DNA from: an uncultured bacterium
GTDB lineage: Bacteria > Desulfobacterota > BSN033 > UBA1163
Assembly (NCBI GenBank): GCA_938045955.1
Contig: CALIBK010000043.1
Span: forward strand, 1-62,496
Direction of reading: 5' to 3'
Length of the DNA: 62,496 nt
Shown: one piece after another, positions 16,857 to 25,674 of the stretch
How positions within the stretch are numbered: the first letter of the stretch is position 1
Layout of the letters: each line of letters starts with the position of its first letter
Notes under the pieces: model-generated
The model's database searches: none
What the model saw: the letters and a program-made list of their open reading frames with translations, nothing else
What the model was told of the DNA's origin: nothing
Position numbers and translations under genes: made by a program

Positions 16857-17867
16857 TTATTGGTGTGACCAGAGTCTAAAGATCTGGTTCAGAATCTCCT
16901 TCTTCTTTTTAAGCATCTCCTGTTTGGAGCGACATCGAATCTGTCCTGAAGCAGCGCCAGGATGACCATCCCCAATGTTAAGGGTCCTCATGATCTCCCC
17001 GATATTTTTACCGATTCCCTGTCGATTCCCATGGATCGAAAGGGACATGGAAAAACCCAAATGATTACTCTTCACCCCTGGAGGATCCATTAAATTATAG
17101 ACTTCTAATACACTGAGGGCCTGAGGATAGAGGAGGAAAGCAAGATTCTTAATCAGGTAAGGTCTCCGCTGATACGGGGTAAGATCAACCACAACGATCT
17201 CCTTCTTTTCATCTTCTTCGAGAAAGGAGGAGGCATCTTGAAGGATCTTTAGCATTCGACTCTCTTCTTCTCGATATCGTTTGAATCGAGTCTGGATAAA
17301 ATCGAGATGGGCCACCTCCTGAATGGGCCGTTCCTTTAATTCCTTCACTAAATTTCTTAAATAATGGGCATGTTCTTCCGGGTTCTGGAAACGGACCTTT
17401 AAGGAAAGATCGATCATCCTTCCGGGAGTCTCTTTTCGCCAATCTTCGATGCTCTCATAGGAAAAACTATCGATTCGGTCCGCCTCGTCGACCGCTTCTA
17501 TAAATCGCGAAGGAACCTCAGCTCTTTCCGAAAAATATTCATAGACCACCCGGCTACAGCTTGGTCGAAGGGCGAACCGTCCAGGGATGGATCTGGGGTC
17601 GATTCTCCGATACTCTAATTCCTGAAGATTTCCTTCGTGGTGATCAAACCAAAGCCCGCACTGGAGGGGGTAAGGAAGGTCACAGACCACATCCTTTTCT
17701 GTAATGGTGATCTGATTCCTGGTGATGACCAAGGGTCCAGCAAAGAGGACCTTTTTGATTTTTAAGACCCACCCGCAGATGGAAGCACTGACAATCCCAT
17801 CAAAATCATGATGAGTGATAATCTTTTCATAAACCCCCTCGGATTTTTTAAGAAGGGATAATGTCAT
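16857..17867 (-). CDS. Divergent DHH/DHHA1-family phosphoesterase
   Basis: Motif I-like THHDFDGIVSASI, motif III FDHHEGN, C-terminal DHHA1-like GDGHPGAASG. The rest of the protein is not recognisable. Confidence 0.5.
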   Translation of the reverse strand: MTLSLLKKSEGVYEKIITHHDFDGIVSASICGWVLKIKKVLFAGPLVITRNQITITEKDVVCDLPYPLQCGLWFDHHEGNLQELEYRRIDPRSIPGRFALRPSCSRVVYEYFSERAEVPSRFIEAVDEADRIDSFSYESIEDWRKETPGRMIDLSLKVRFQNPEEHAHYLRNLVKELKERPIQEVAHLDFIQTRFKRYREEESRMLKILQDASSFLEEDEKKEIVVVDLTPYQRRPYLIKNLAFLLYPQALSVLEVYNLMDPPGVKSNHLGFSMSLSIHGNRQGIGKNIGEIMRTLNIGDGHPGAASGQIRCRSKQEMLKKKKEILNQIFRLWSHQ

Positions 17868-17935
17868 GAATAAAAATTAACATTCAAGAAGAGAGGAATC
17901 AATAGAAAGGCTTTATAAAAAGAGGAACGAAGGAA

Positions 17936-19726
17936 TTACTCTTCTTTCTTTTTAGGGGAGAGGCCTTCTCCACGCTTTTCGATCTCTTCCTGGATCAATG
18001 CTCCAAGGCTATGGACGGTCGAACCTTGATTCGAGATGTACTTTTCCACCTCAACTTTTTCCATCTTCTCCTTATAATTCTTAATACTTAGCCCGATCCT
18101 TCGATCCTGGGGGTCTACGTGGATGATCATTGCCGAAACTGTGTCTCCGACCTTCACCACATCGGACGGTTTCCCTACTTTTTCCCGACTGAGCTCTGAG
18201 ACATGAACCAATCCCTCGATTCCATCCTTCAGCTCTACGAAGGCACCAAAATCAGTTACATTGGTGACCTTCCCTGTCACGATATCCCCTTTCCGGTAGT
18301 GTTTATCCACCTCTTTCCAGGGATCAGGGGTAAGCTGTTTAATTCCCAGGGAGAATCGTTCGTTTTTCGAATCGATGTTTAAAACCACTGCCTCCACTTC
18401 CTGTCCCTTTTTGAATAGTTCACTCGGGTGTTTGATCTTCTTGGTCCAGGACATTTCGGAAACATGGACCAATCCATCGATCTCTTCATCGATCCCGATG
18501 AAAATTCCAAAATCCGTAATCGTCTTCACCTTTCCCACTACCTTTGTCCCAACAGGATACTTCTCGGCAAGAAGAGCCCATGGATTGGGTTCGATCTGCT
18601 TCATTCCCAATGAAATTCTTCGTTTTACAGGATCACAGTCGAGAACCACGACTTCGACTCGATCCCCCACCCGGACCATTTTGGAGGGGTGCTTATACTT
18701 CTTACTCCATGTCATCTCTGAGATATGAACCAGTCCTTCCACCCCTTCCTCCAGCTCAACAAATACCCCATAGTCCGTGATGTTGACCGCTTTCCCTTTG
18801 AGTCGAGTCCCTGGGGGATATTTCTCAAGGACAGAATTCCACGGATCGGGTTGAGCCTGTTTCAGCCCCAAAGAGATCTTCTCCTTTTCTCGATCGAAGC
18901 GAAGGACCTTCACCTTGACCCGATCTCCTACGGAGAGCTTCTCGGATGGATGGGAGATCCTTCCCCAGCTCATATCCGTAATATGGAGGAGGCCATCCAC
19001 CCCACCTACATCAATGAAAGCCCCATAGTCGGTCAGATTCTTGACCGTTCCTTCAACGATATCCCCTTCTTTTAAATTCTTTAAAGTTTCTTCCCTTTGA
19101 ATCTTACGTTCCTCTTCGAGAAGGACTCTACGGGAGAGAACGATGTTATTTCTCTTTCGATTAAACTTAATGACTTTAAATCTCAATCTCTGTCCGACCC
19201 ATTCATCTAAGTTTCGAATTGGCCTGAGATCAATCTGGGAACCTGGAAGAAAGGCGTGAACGCCTCCTAAATCCACAGAAAGTCCCCCTTTGACTTTGGA
19301 GACGACCTCCCCTTCCATGGCCCCTCCATCTCGAAAAGACCTGGTGATCTCTTTCCAGATATTGGCTCGATCCGCTTTCTCTTTAGAAAGGATCAGAACC
19401 CCTTCTTCCGTATCTTTCCTCTCAACCAGGACATCGATCTTGTCTCCAATCTTCAGGTCCAATCCTTTACTCCTCTTCTGAAACTCCTGAATAGGAATCT
19501 GGCCTTCACATTTGTACCCTACATCCACGGTCACATATTCGGGGGCGATTTCGATCACCGTTCCCTTAAGAATTTGACCTTCCTCGATGGTTTTGAACGT
19601 CCCGTCATAAAGGGTTTGAAGACTCTCTTTCTCCTCGTTCTCACGAATTCCTTCTGGCTCTACGGTCTCCCCAGGTGGAGTGGCCTGAACCTCTTCTCCT
19701 GTGGGAGTCAAATCATCCTTTATCAT
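17936..19726 (-). CDS. rpsA: 30S ribosomal protein S1 (six S1 domains)
   Basis: Repeated S1-domain pattern (G..V.G.V......G.FV.L..G..GL.H.SE.SW) occurs six times. It sits in the classical cmk-ispH-rpsA neighbourhood. Confidence 0.93.
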   Translation of the reverse strand: MIKDDLTPTGEEVQATPPGETVEPEGIRENEEKESLQTLYDGTFKTIEEGQILKGTVIEIAPEYVTVDVGYKCEGQIPIQEFQKRSKGLDLKIGDKIDVLVERKDTEEGVLILSKEKADRANIWKEITRSFRDGGAMEGEVVSKVKGGLSVDLGGVHAFLPGSQIDLRPIRNLDEWVGQRLRFKVIKFNRKRNNIVLSRRVLLEEERKIQREETLKNLKEGDIVEGTVKNLTDYGAFIDVGGVDGLLHITDMSWGRISHPSEKLSVGDRVKVKVLRFDREKEKISLGLKQAQPDPWNSVLEKYPPGTRLKGKAVNITDYGVFVELEEGVEGLVHISEMTWSKKYKHPSKMVRVGDRVEVVVLDCDPVKRRISLGMKQIEPNPWALLAEKYPVGTKVVGKVKTITDFGIFIGIDEEIDGLVHVSEMSWTKKIKHPSELFKKGQEVEAVVLNIDSKNERFSLGIKQLTPDPWKEVDKHYRKGDIVTGKVTNVTDFGAFVELKDGIEGLVHVSELSREKVGKPSDVVKVGDTVSAMIIHVDPQDRRIGLSIKNYKEKMEKVEVEKYISNQGSTVHSLGALIQEEIEKRGEGLSPKKKEE

Positions 19727-19775
19727 TCTAAACCTCCCTTTGAAACCTAAACTTTATACCATACCTTTTAAAAAA

Positions 19776-20621
19776 TTACAAATTTTTCATTAATCGTTTA
19801 ATTCTCTTTTTCACCTCCTCCACGATCCAAGGAGGGGTAGAAGCCCCTGTGGTTAAACCTATCCTTTTGATATTTTTAAACCAGCTCGGGTCCAAATCTT
19901 CGATAGTTTCAATATGATAGGTCCTTGGTTGAACCTCTCTACAGATATGAACCAATCGTTGGGTATTCCCACTATTATACCCCCCGATGACAATCATGCA
20001 ATCCACCTTCTTTGCTATCTCAATGGCTTCTTGCTGACGAAGGGTGGTGGCTTGACAGATCGTATTAAAAACCCGAACCTCAACCGCCTTCTCCATACAT
20101 CTCCTGACGATCTCTTTAAAGAGATCCGACCTTTGAGTGGTCTGAGCAATGATCCCTAATTTTTTATAATTTCCCATTTTCGTGATGGCCTCAGGAGTCT
20201 CGATGACCATCGCCTCCTGACGAAGATAACTCCGGATTGCTTCCACCTCAGGATGTTTCGGATCTCCTACAATCACTAAAGGATATCCATTCCGATCCAG
20301 AAACTTTGCGAAGGAGTGAACCTTCTTTACAATCGGACAGGTTGCATCAACGATTTTTAATCCCCTCTTCTTCACTTTCTCTAAATCTTCTTTGGATATC
20401 CCATGGGATCGAAAGATGACAGTTCCTTGAGGAATCTCTTCCACTCGAGCCTTCGAGTTTATGCCCAATCCTTCTAAATAGGTGACAGCCTGAGGATTAT
20501 GAATTAAGGGGCCCAGAGTATAAATGTCCTGAGAAGATCTTTGGGCTGCCTGAAGAGCCATCTTCATCGCCCGTTCCACTCCAAAACAGAATCCTGAGAG
20601 CTTAGCGACGATCAGTTTCAT
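19776..20621 (-). CDS. ispH: 4-hydroxy-3-methylbut-2-enyl diphosphate reductase
   Basis: GFCFGVERA, GPLIHNPQ, ATCP.V.KVH, AQTTQ, NTIC.AT. These are IspH/LytB motifs. Confidence 0.93.
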   Translation of the reverse strand: MKLIVAKLSGFCFGVERAMKMALQAAQRSSQDIYTLGPLIHNPQAVTYLEGLGINSKARVEEIPQGTVIFRSHGISKEDLEKVKKRGLKIVDATCPIVKKVHSFAKFLDRNGYPLVIVGDPKHPEVEAIRSYLRQEAMVIETPEAITKMGNYKKLGIIAQTTQRSDLFKEIVRRCMEKAVEVRVFNTICQATTLRQQEAIEIAKKVDCMIVIGGYNSGNTQRLVHICREVQPRTYHIETIEDLDPSWFKNIKRIGLTTGASTPPWIVEEVKKRIKRLMKNL

Positions 20622-21301
20622 GGGTTCCCGATCTTTTCTAAAATCAAACGATACATCTCACCTACCACTTCTTCGATTGAAAGATGGGTGGAGTCAATCT
20701 CTATGGCATCCCCTGCCCTCTTGAGGGGGGAGAGTTCCCGGGTCATATCATTTCGGTCTCTTTCTATAACCTCTCTTAAAGTCTCATAAAAATCCACCTG
20801 GATTCCCTTTTCCAGAAGTTCTTTAAATCTTCTTCTCCCCCTCTCTTCGACACTTGCGGTAAGATAAAATTTAATATCCGCTCCAGGGAAAACGATCGTT
20901 CCGATATCCCTTCCTTCAAAGACCATTCCTCCTTCCTTTCCCATTTCTCTCTGTTTTTTAACGAGAGCCTCTCTTACCCCTTTTTTCTTCGAAATCTCTG
21001 AGGCCAGATGACTGATCTCAGGGGTTCGGATGGCTTCTGTAATCTCTTCTTGGTCGCAGAAAAAACGGAGTTTCTCACCTTCGGTAACAAAGGATAAACG
21101 AAGGGAGGAAGCCAGCTCCTGGAGGGAAGATTCGTCTTCAATTCCAATAGACTCCCTCTTGGCCTTCCAGGCCACCGCCCGATACATGGCACCCGTATCT
21201 ACATATTGATAGCCTAATCGTTGAGCCAAGGCCCTGGCCACGGTGCTCTTCCCTGCACCCGAGGGACCATCAATGGCAATGATCAATCTTCGGGGGCTCA
21301 A
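20618..21301 (-). CDS. cmk: Cytidylate kinase
   Basis: TTG start. IAIDGPSGAGKSTVA..LA..LG..Y.DTGAMYR. Overlaps the ispH start by 4 nt. Confidence 0.92.
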   Translation of the reverse strand: MSPRRLIIAIDGPSGAGKSTVARALAQRLGYQYVDTGAMYRAVAWKAKRESIGIEDESSLQELASSLRLSFVTEGEKLRFFCDQEEITEAIRTPEISHLASEISKKKGVREALVKKQREMGKEGGMVFEGRDIGTIVFPGADIKFYLTASVEERGRRRFKELLEKGIQVDFYETLREVIERDRNDMTRELSPLKRAGDAIEIDSTHLSIEEVVGEMYRLILEKIGNP

Positions 21302-21382
21302 AATAATTCACTCACCCAGAGAGAAAAATAGGAGGAAATCTTCTTTTTAACAAAGAGGCTTTATCATATTGGAAGGGAATTT

Positions 21383-22501
21383 TCAAGAAATTGAAGAGAA
21401 GGGATTAGGGGCTAAAGGAAGTCCTAAACTTTTTGCCACACCCTCGCAAACCAGTTCCCCATGAATCAGATTGAGGCCTTTTCTCAAAGCTTCATTTTCC
21501 CTTAAGGCCCTTTCATATCCCTGCTCTGCCAGTTGAAGAACGTAAGGAATCGTGGCATGGGTGAGGGCAAGAGTAGCAGTTCTTGGATAGATCCCCGGCA
21601 TATTGGTCACACAATAATGGACAATCCCCTCCTCAATGTAAATAGGATCCTCATGGGTAGTAGGCCGAGTGGTCTCGAAACATCCCCCCTGATCGACTGA
21701 GACATCCACAATGGCTGACCCTGGACGCATCCTTCTCAACATTTGCCGTGTGACAAGCTTGGGGGCCTGAGCTCCAGGGATGAGTACGGCACCGATGACC
21801 AGGTCAGCATCCGTAATCTCTTCTCCGATGGTCATTCTGTTGGAGATGAAAGTCGTCACGTGCCCCTGGGTGATATCATGGATATAGCTCAGTCGTTCCG
21901 GGTAAATATCAAGGATAGAAACACGCGCCCCCATTCCTACAGCCACCTTGCAGGCATTGGTTCCGACCACTCCTGCACCAAGGATCACCACTTTGGCAGG
22001 GGGAACACCAGAAGCCCCGCAAAGAAGAACTCCTCTTCCACCATGCCTTGCCTCCAGACACATCCCACCCGCGAGGATGGATGCCCTCCCTGCAATCTCA
22101 CTCATCGGTCTCAACAGGGGAAGGGAACCGTCTCGGCTCTGAACGGTTTCATATCCAATCCCGATCACTCGACACTCCAGCAACTGACGGGTCAACTCGG
22201 GATTGGCCGCCAGATGAAGATAGGTAAATATGATTTGTCCGGGTTTTAGGAAGGGATATTCTGGCTCGATGGGTTCCTTCACCTTCACAATCATCTCCGC
22301 TTCTTCCCAGATGGTTCTCGCCTGGTCCATTAGGATGGCCCCGGCCTGGAGATATTCCTGATCCGTAAATCCGCTTCCCTCCCCTGCCCCTCTTTCTACC
22401 AGGACCCGGTGACGATGAGCAACCAGTGCATCGACTCCACTGGGAGTGATAGCGACCCTCTTTTCTCCGGTCTTGATCTCTCTGGGAACCCCTATGATCA
22501 T
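21383..22501 (-). CDS. ald: Alanine dehydrogenase
   Basis: MIIGVPREIK..E.RVA.TP.GV; VKVKEP; ILGAGVVGTNA Rossmann motif. 372 aa. Confidence 0.9.
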   Translation of the reverse strand: MIIGVPREIKTGEKRVAITPSGVDALVAHRHRVLVERGAGEGSGFTDQEYLQAGAILMDQARTIWEEAEMIVKVKEPIEPEYPFLKPGQIIFTYLHLAANPELTRQLLECRVIGIGYETVQSRDGSLPLLRPMSEIAGRASILAGGMCLEARHGGRGVLLCGASGVPPAKVVILGAGVVGTNACKVAVGMGARVSILDIYPERLSYIHDITQGHVTTFISNRMTIGEEITDADLVIGAVLIPGAQAPKLVTRQMLRRMRPGSAIVDVSVDQGGCFETTRPTTHEDPIYIEEGIVHYCVTNMPGIYPRTATLALTHATIPYVLQLAEQGYERALRENEALRKGLNLIHGELVCEGVAKSLGLPLAPNPFSSIS

Positions 22502-22514
22502 CTCTTTCCCTCGT

Positions 22515-23714
22515 TCATTTACGTTTTAAGCTCAGACGTCTGGCTACAAATTCGACCATGGCTTCTGTAGCCCTCGAAAACTCATTGGCCGTTGCAATCA
22601 TGGCGGGATGGGAATTAAATTCCTCCGGCGTATACCCATCTTCTCGATAAGCCCGTTCGAAATATGGGATCCGTAAGAGTTTATCCAAGACCTCCTTCGG
22701 GACCTCCTCTTCGATCTGCGGGGTGAACTCCATCCCATCCAGAGATTCGAAAACGCCCTCAATAAATGGCGGGGGACAGGTAAAGACGATGTCTCCTCCT
22801 GCCAATTTCTCCAGATGCCAGCATTGTTTTTTCCCGTTCATCATTGGACTGATTCGCATCGAACAGATGAGCATTTTACTGGGATAGCCTCCCTCTTTTA
22901 AAAATCGGTAAGCCTTTTTAAAGATGGCAATCTCTGCCCATCGAACCTCCGCCTCGGTTAACTCGATTCCCAGAGACTCCGCTTCTTTTCGAAGGGTACC
23001 CAAATCTCCATACCGGGCGGTCATGTGGGTGATCACAGACCTCCATTTCGTCAGATCGACTCCATTCTTTTTTGCAATTTCTACTCCCTCTTTGACTGCC
23101 TTCGCACACGCAATGAGTTGAGGAAGAATAAAGGTAAGAGTATTATTGGTGGAGATCCCTCTGGAGGTAAGGAGTTTAATCACCTCGTAGCCTTCCTTAC
23201 TTCCCGGAACCTTAATCATGACATTGGGACTGAGGCTAGAGAGCTCCAGGGCCTGAGAGACCATCTTCTCTTTCTGAGTCAGGTTTCGAGGATCCACCTG
23301 CCCCGAAAGATATCCATATCGATATTTTGAGGCTTCAAACACCCCGAGGTACATCTCGGCCCCTCTTCGAACGATCTCCTTATAGGTCCTCCAAAAGAGG
23401 ATTTCCGGATCGATGTTTGGATCTTCATCAATGAGATGATCCACAATCTCCGAAACAAAGGATTCTCTCATCTTGATCACATTCAGAGAGAGAGGAGGAT
23501 TGGTGGTGACCCCTCGAAAGAGAGTCTTCTCTGGATGTTCAGGGTCAAAGAGTCTCCTGAGTTGTTCCCTTAATTCTTCGGCCCTTTGGGGAGAAACCCT
23601 TTTGAGAAAGCTTTCTGCCCAGGCTTCATAGATGAGAGGAGAAGAATCCCACCAGATCTCAGCTCCGGGATGGGTTTCCATCAGTTTTTCAAAAGGACTT
23701 TTTTTCATTCTCAT
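22515..23714 (-). CDS. Transaldolase-family protein (atypical, 399 aa)
   Basis: IWWDSS (Asp motif), TTNPPL, IKVPGSKEG (Schiff-base Lys), GISTNNTLTF. The by-eye alignment to E. coli TalB has correct Lys-Asn-Thr spacing. The catalytic Glu position reads Gln (see findings). Confidence 0.75.
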   Translation of the reverse strand: MRMKKSPFEKLMETHPGAEIWWDSSPLIYEAWAESFLKRVSPQRAEELREQLRRLFDPEHPEKTLFRGVTTNPPLSLNVIKMRESFVSEIVDHLIDEDPNIDPEILFWRTYKEIVRRGAEMYLGVFEASKYRYGYLSGQVDPRNLTQKEKMVSQALELSSLSPNVMIKVPGSKEGYEVIKLLTSRGISTNNTLTFILPQLIACAKAVKEGVEIAKKNGVDLTKWRSVITHMTARYGDLGTLRKEAESLGIELTEAEVRWAEIAIFKKAYRFLKEGGYPSKMLICSMRISPMMNGKKQCWHLEKLAGGDIVFTCPPPFIEGVFESLDGMEFTPQIEEEVPKEVLDKLLRIPYFERAYREDGYTPEEFNSHPAMIATANEFSRATEAMVEFVARRLSLKRK

Positions 23715-24817
23715 GCCTCCTTCTTTCGATTTTCGAAAAATCGCTTGATCGCTGAAACGCAGATAGAATTCTCCTCATGAGTCCCTAAACTGATTCGGAA
23801 AAAACCATTCCTTCCCCTCAAAGGCGCAAAGGATTTAAGGATCACACCCGCCTTCTCAAACACGTAATCGACGATCTCTTTCCCCGTCACTCCCGCATCG
23901 GTGGCATCAATGAGCACATAATTCCCATGGGAATAGTAAGGCTTTAACCCGGAGATCTTGGAAAGCTCTTTCACGACATATTCGACTCCTGCATTGTTAT
24001 AAGCAGCTTTCTTTTTTAACTCTTCCTCTTCCTCCAGAGCAGCCTCTGCAGCAGCCATTGAAAGAAGGGTCGTATTCCAGGGAATCTGCATCTTGCGAAA
24101 ATATTGGATCATGGTTTCATCTGCCAGGGCGTATCCAAATCGGATTCCAGCCATCCCGAAGGCCTTTGAAAAGGTATGGGCCACGATGACATGATTATAC
24201 TTTCGGATCAGAGGGGCTTTGGATTCATGCTCTGGATGATATTCGAGGTAAGCCTCATCGATAAGAGTAGGAATTCCAAGATCAATCAACCTCTGTAAAT
24301 CCTCATCCGGAATGAAGTCTCCGGTAGGATTATTAGGGTTACACACAATGATGACCTTGGTTCTTGGGGTCACGGCCCGTAGCATGGCCGGGACATCATA
24401 TTGGAGATCCGGGGTCATATCGATGGCAACGACCTTTCCCCCCACGGCCCTGGCCCGGATTCCATAAAGGGAAAACGTGGGATTGGGCAGAAGCACCTCA
24501 TCTCCAGGAGTCACAAAGAGCCTCATGACCATATCGATGATTTCGGAAGAACCATGGCTGAGATAAACATTATCCGGACTCAAATCGTAAAGTTTTGCAA
24601 TTTTGGCTCGAAGCCGGGGACCATTGTCGGGATAGCGGTTTCCCATTCTTGCTGCCTCCGAAATGGCCCGAATCACCTTTTCAGAGGGGGGGATGGGATT
24701 TTCATTGACCATCATCCTTTTGAGTTCTGGTCTGGACCATGCCAGAAGAATATCCTCTGTTCCATAAGGGGTGACCTGATCAATCCAGGGAACCAAAAAT
24801 CTTTTCAAATCGGCCAT
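23711..24817 (-). CDS. Class I/II pyridoxal-phosphate aminotransferase, HisC family
   Basis: VNENP.PPS, RYPD, GSSEIID, PNPTF.LY, CNPNNPTG, FSKAFGMAGIRFGY (PLP Lys). Its stop overlaps the start of the transaldolase-like gene (ATGA). Confidence 0.8.
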   Translation of the reverse strand: MADLKRFLVPWIDQVTPYGTEDILLAWSRPELKRMMVNENPIPPSEKVIRAISEAARMGNRYPDNGPRLRAKIAKLYDLSPDNVYLSHGSSEIIDMVMRLFVTPGDEVLLPNPTFSLYGIRARAVGGKVVAIDMTPDLQYDVPAMLRAVTPRTKVIIVCNPNNPTGDFIPDEDLQRLIDLGIPTLIDEAYLEYHPEHESKAPLIRKYNHVIVAHTFSKAFGMAGIRFGYALADETMIQYFRKMQIPWNTTLLSMAAAEAALEEEEELKKKAAYNNAGVEYVVKELSKISGLKPYYSHGNYVLIDATDAGVTGKEIVDYVFEKAGVILKSFAPLRGRNGFFRISLGTHEENSICVSAIKRFFENRKKEA

Positions 24818-24902
24818 CGCTTTCTCCTTTCTTGATCAATTGCTGATTAGCTATCTATACAGGTAACAAGACCTTTCCTCTTTGTCAAGTCTTTTTTAGA
24901 AT

Positions 24903-25664
24903 CTACTCTCTGAGATCGGATCGGTATCTTCCGGATTCCACCTCAAAGACATATTTATCTCCTCGATGAATCGCGTGAAGAACCTCCACAGGAATACTCT
25001 TTGAATCGTAAATGACACTTTCAAGAAAAATGGCAGGAGAGTGGGGAGGAACCTCGAGGAATTTCGCATCCCCTTCAGAGAGTGAAATGGCACGAAACGT
25101 TTGGATCGACCGATGGAGTTCCACCCGGAACTTTCGGGTCAACAGATGATAAAGAGAACCGGTCAAACGCATCTTTAGAATCTCCTTAAATTCTTCATAA
25201 GGGAGATAGCTCCGTTCGAGAACCAATGGAACCCCATCTCCTAAACGGAGTCTTTCAGTTAAAATCACCTTCTTATCCCGCCCCAGCATCAACTTTTCTC
25301 CCACCTCAGGAGGTGCCTTTATCACAGACTTTCCTATCAATTTGGTCTGGGGCCTTAACCCCATCCTGATCATATCATCGGTGAAGCTGGAGATATGTTG
25401 AAGGGTATATTTGACCGGTCGTTGGGATTGAGCAATGACAAAAGATCCGACCCCATTCTTCTTCTGGATCAATCCCTTCCCCACAAGGTCCGAAATAGCC
25501 TGCCGTACCGTGTTCCGATTGACTCGAAACAGTTCAGCCAGTTTCGACTCAGAAGGGAGCTTATCATGAATCCCATATCGACCCTTCTGGATCATCTCCT
25601 GAAGCCACTGACTGATCTGAATATACTTGGGGACTCCTTTTTCCAGAGTGAAGGTTTCGGCCAT
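24903..25664 (-). CDS. GntR-family transcriptional regulator, HutC/PhnF subfamily (UTRA effector domain)
   Basis: Part of ORF 24903..25688. The ATG at 25664 follows AAGGA 6 nt upstream. wHTH: LPSESKLAELFRVNRNTVRQAISDLVGKGLIQKKNGVGSFV. The C-terminal ~150 aa are UTRA-like. Confidence 0.85.
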   Translation of the reverse strand: MAETFTLEKGVPKYIQISQWLQEMIQKGRYGIHDKLPSESKLAELFRVNRNTVRQAISDLVGKGLIQKKNGVGSFVIAQSQRPVKYTLQHISSFTDDMIRMGLRPQTKLIGKSVIKAPPEVGEKLMLGRDKKVILTERLRLGDGVPLVLERSYLPYEEFKEILKMRLTGSLYHLLTRKFRVELHRSIQTFRAISLSEGDAKFLEVPPHSPAIFLESVIYDSKSIPVEVLHAIHRGDKYVFEVESGRYRSDLRE

Positions 25665-25674
25665 GATGATTCCT

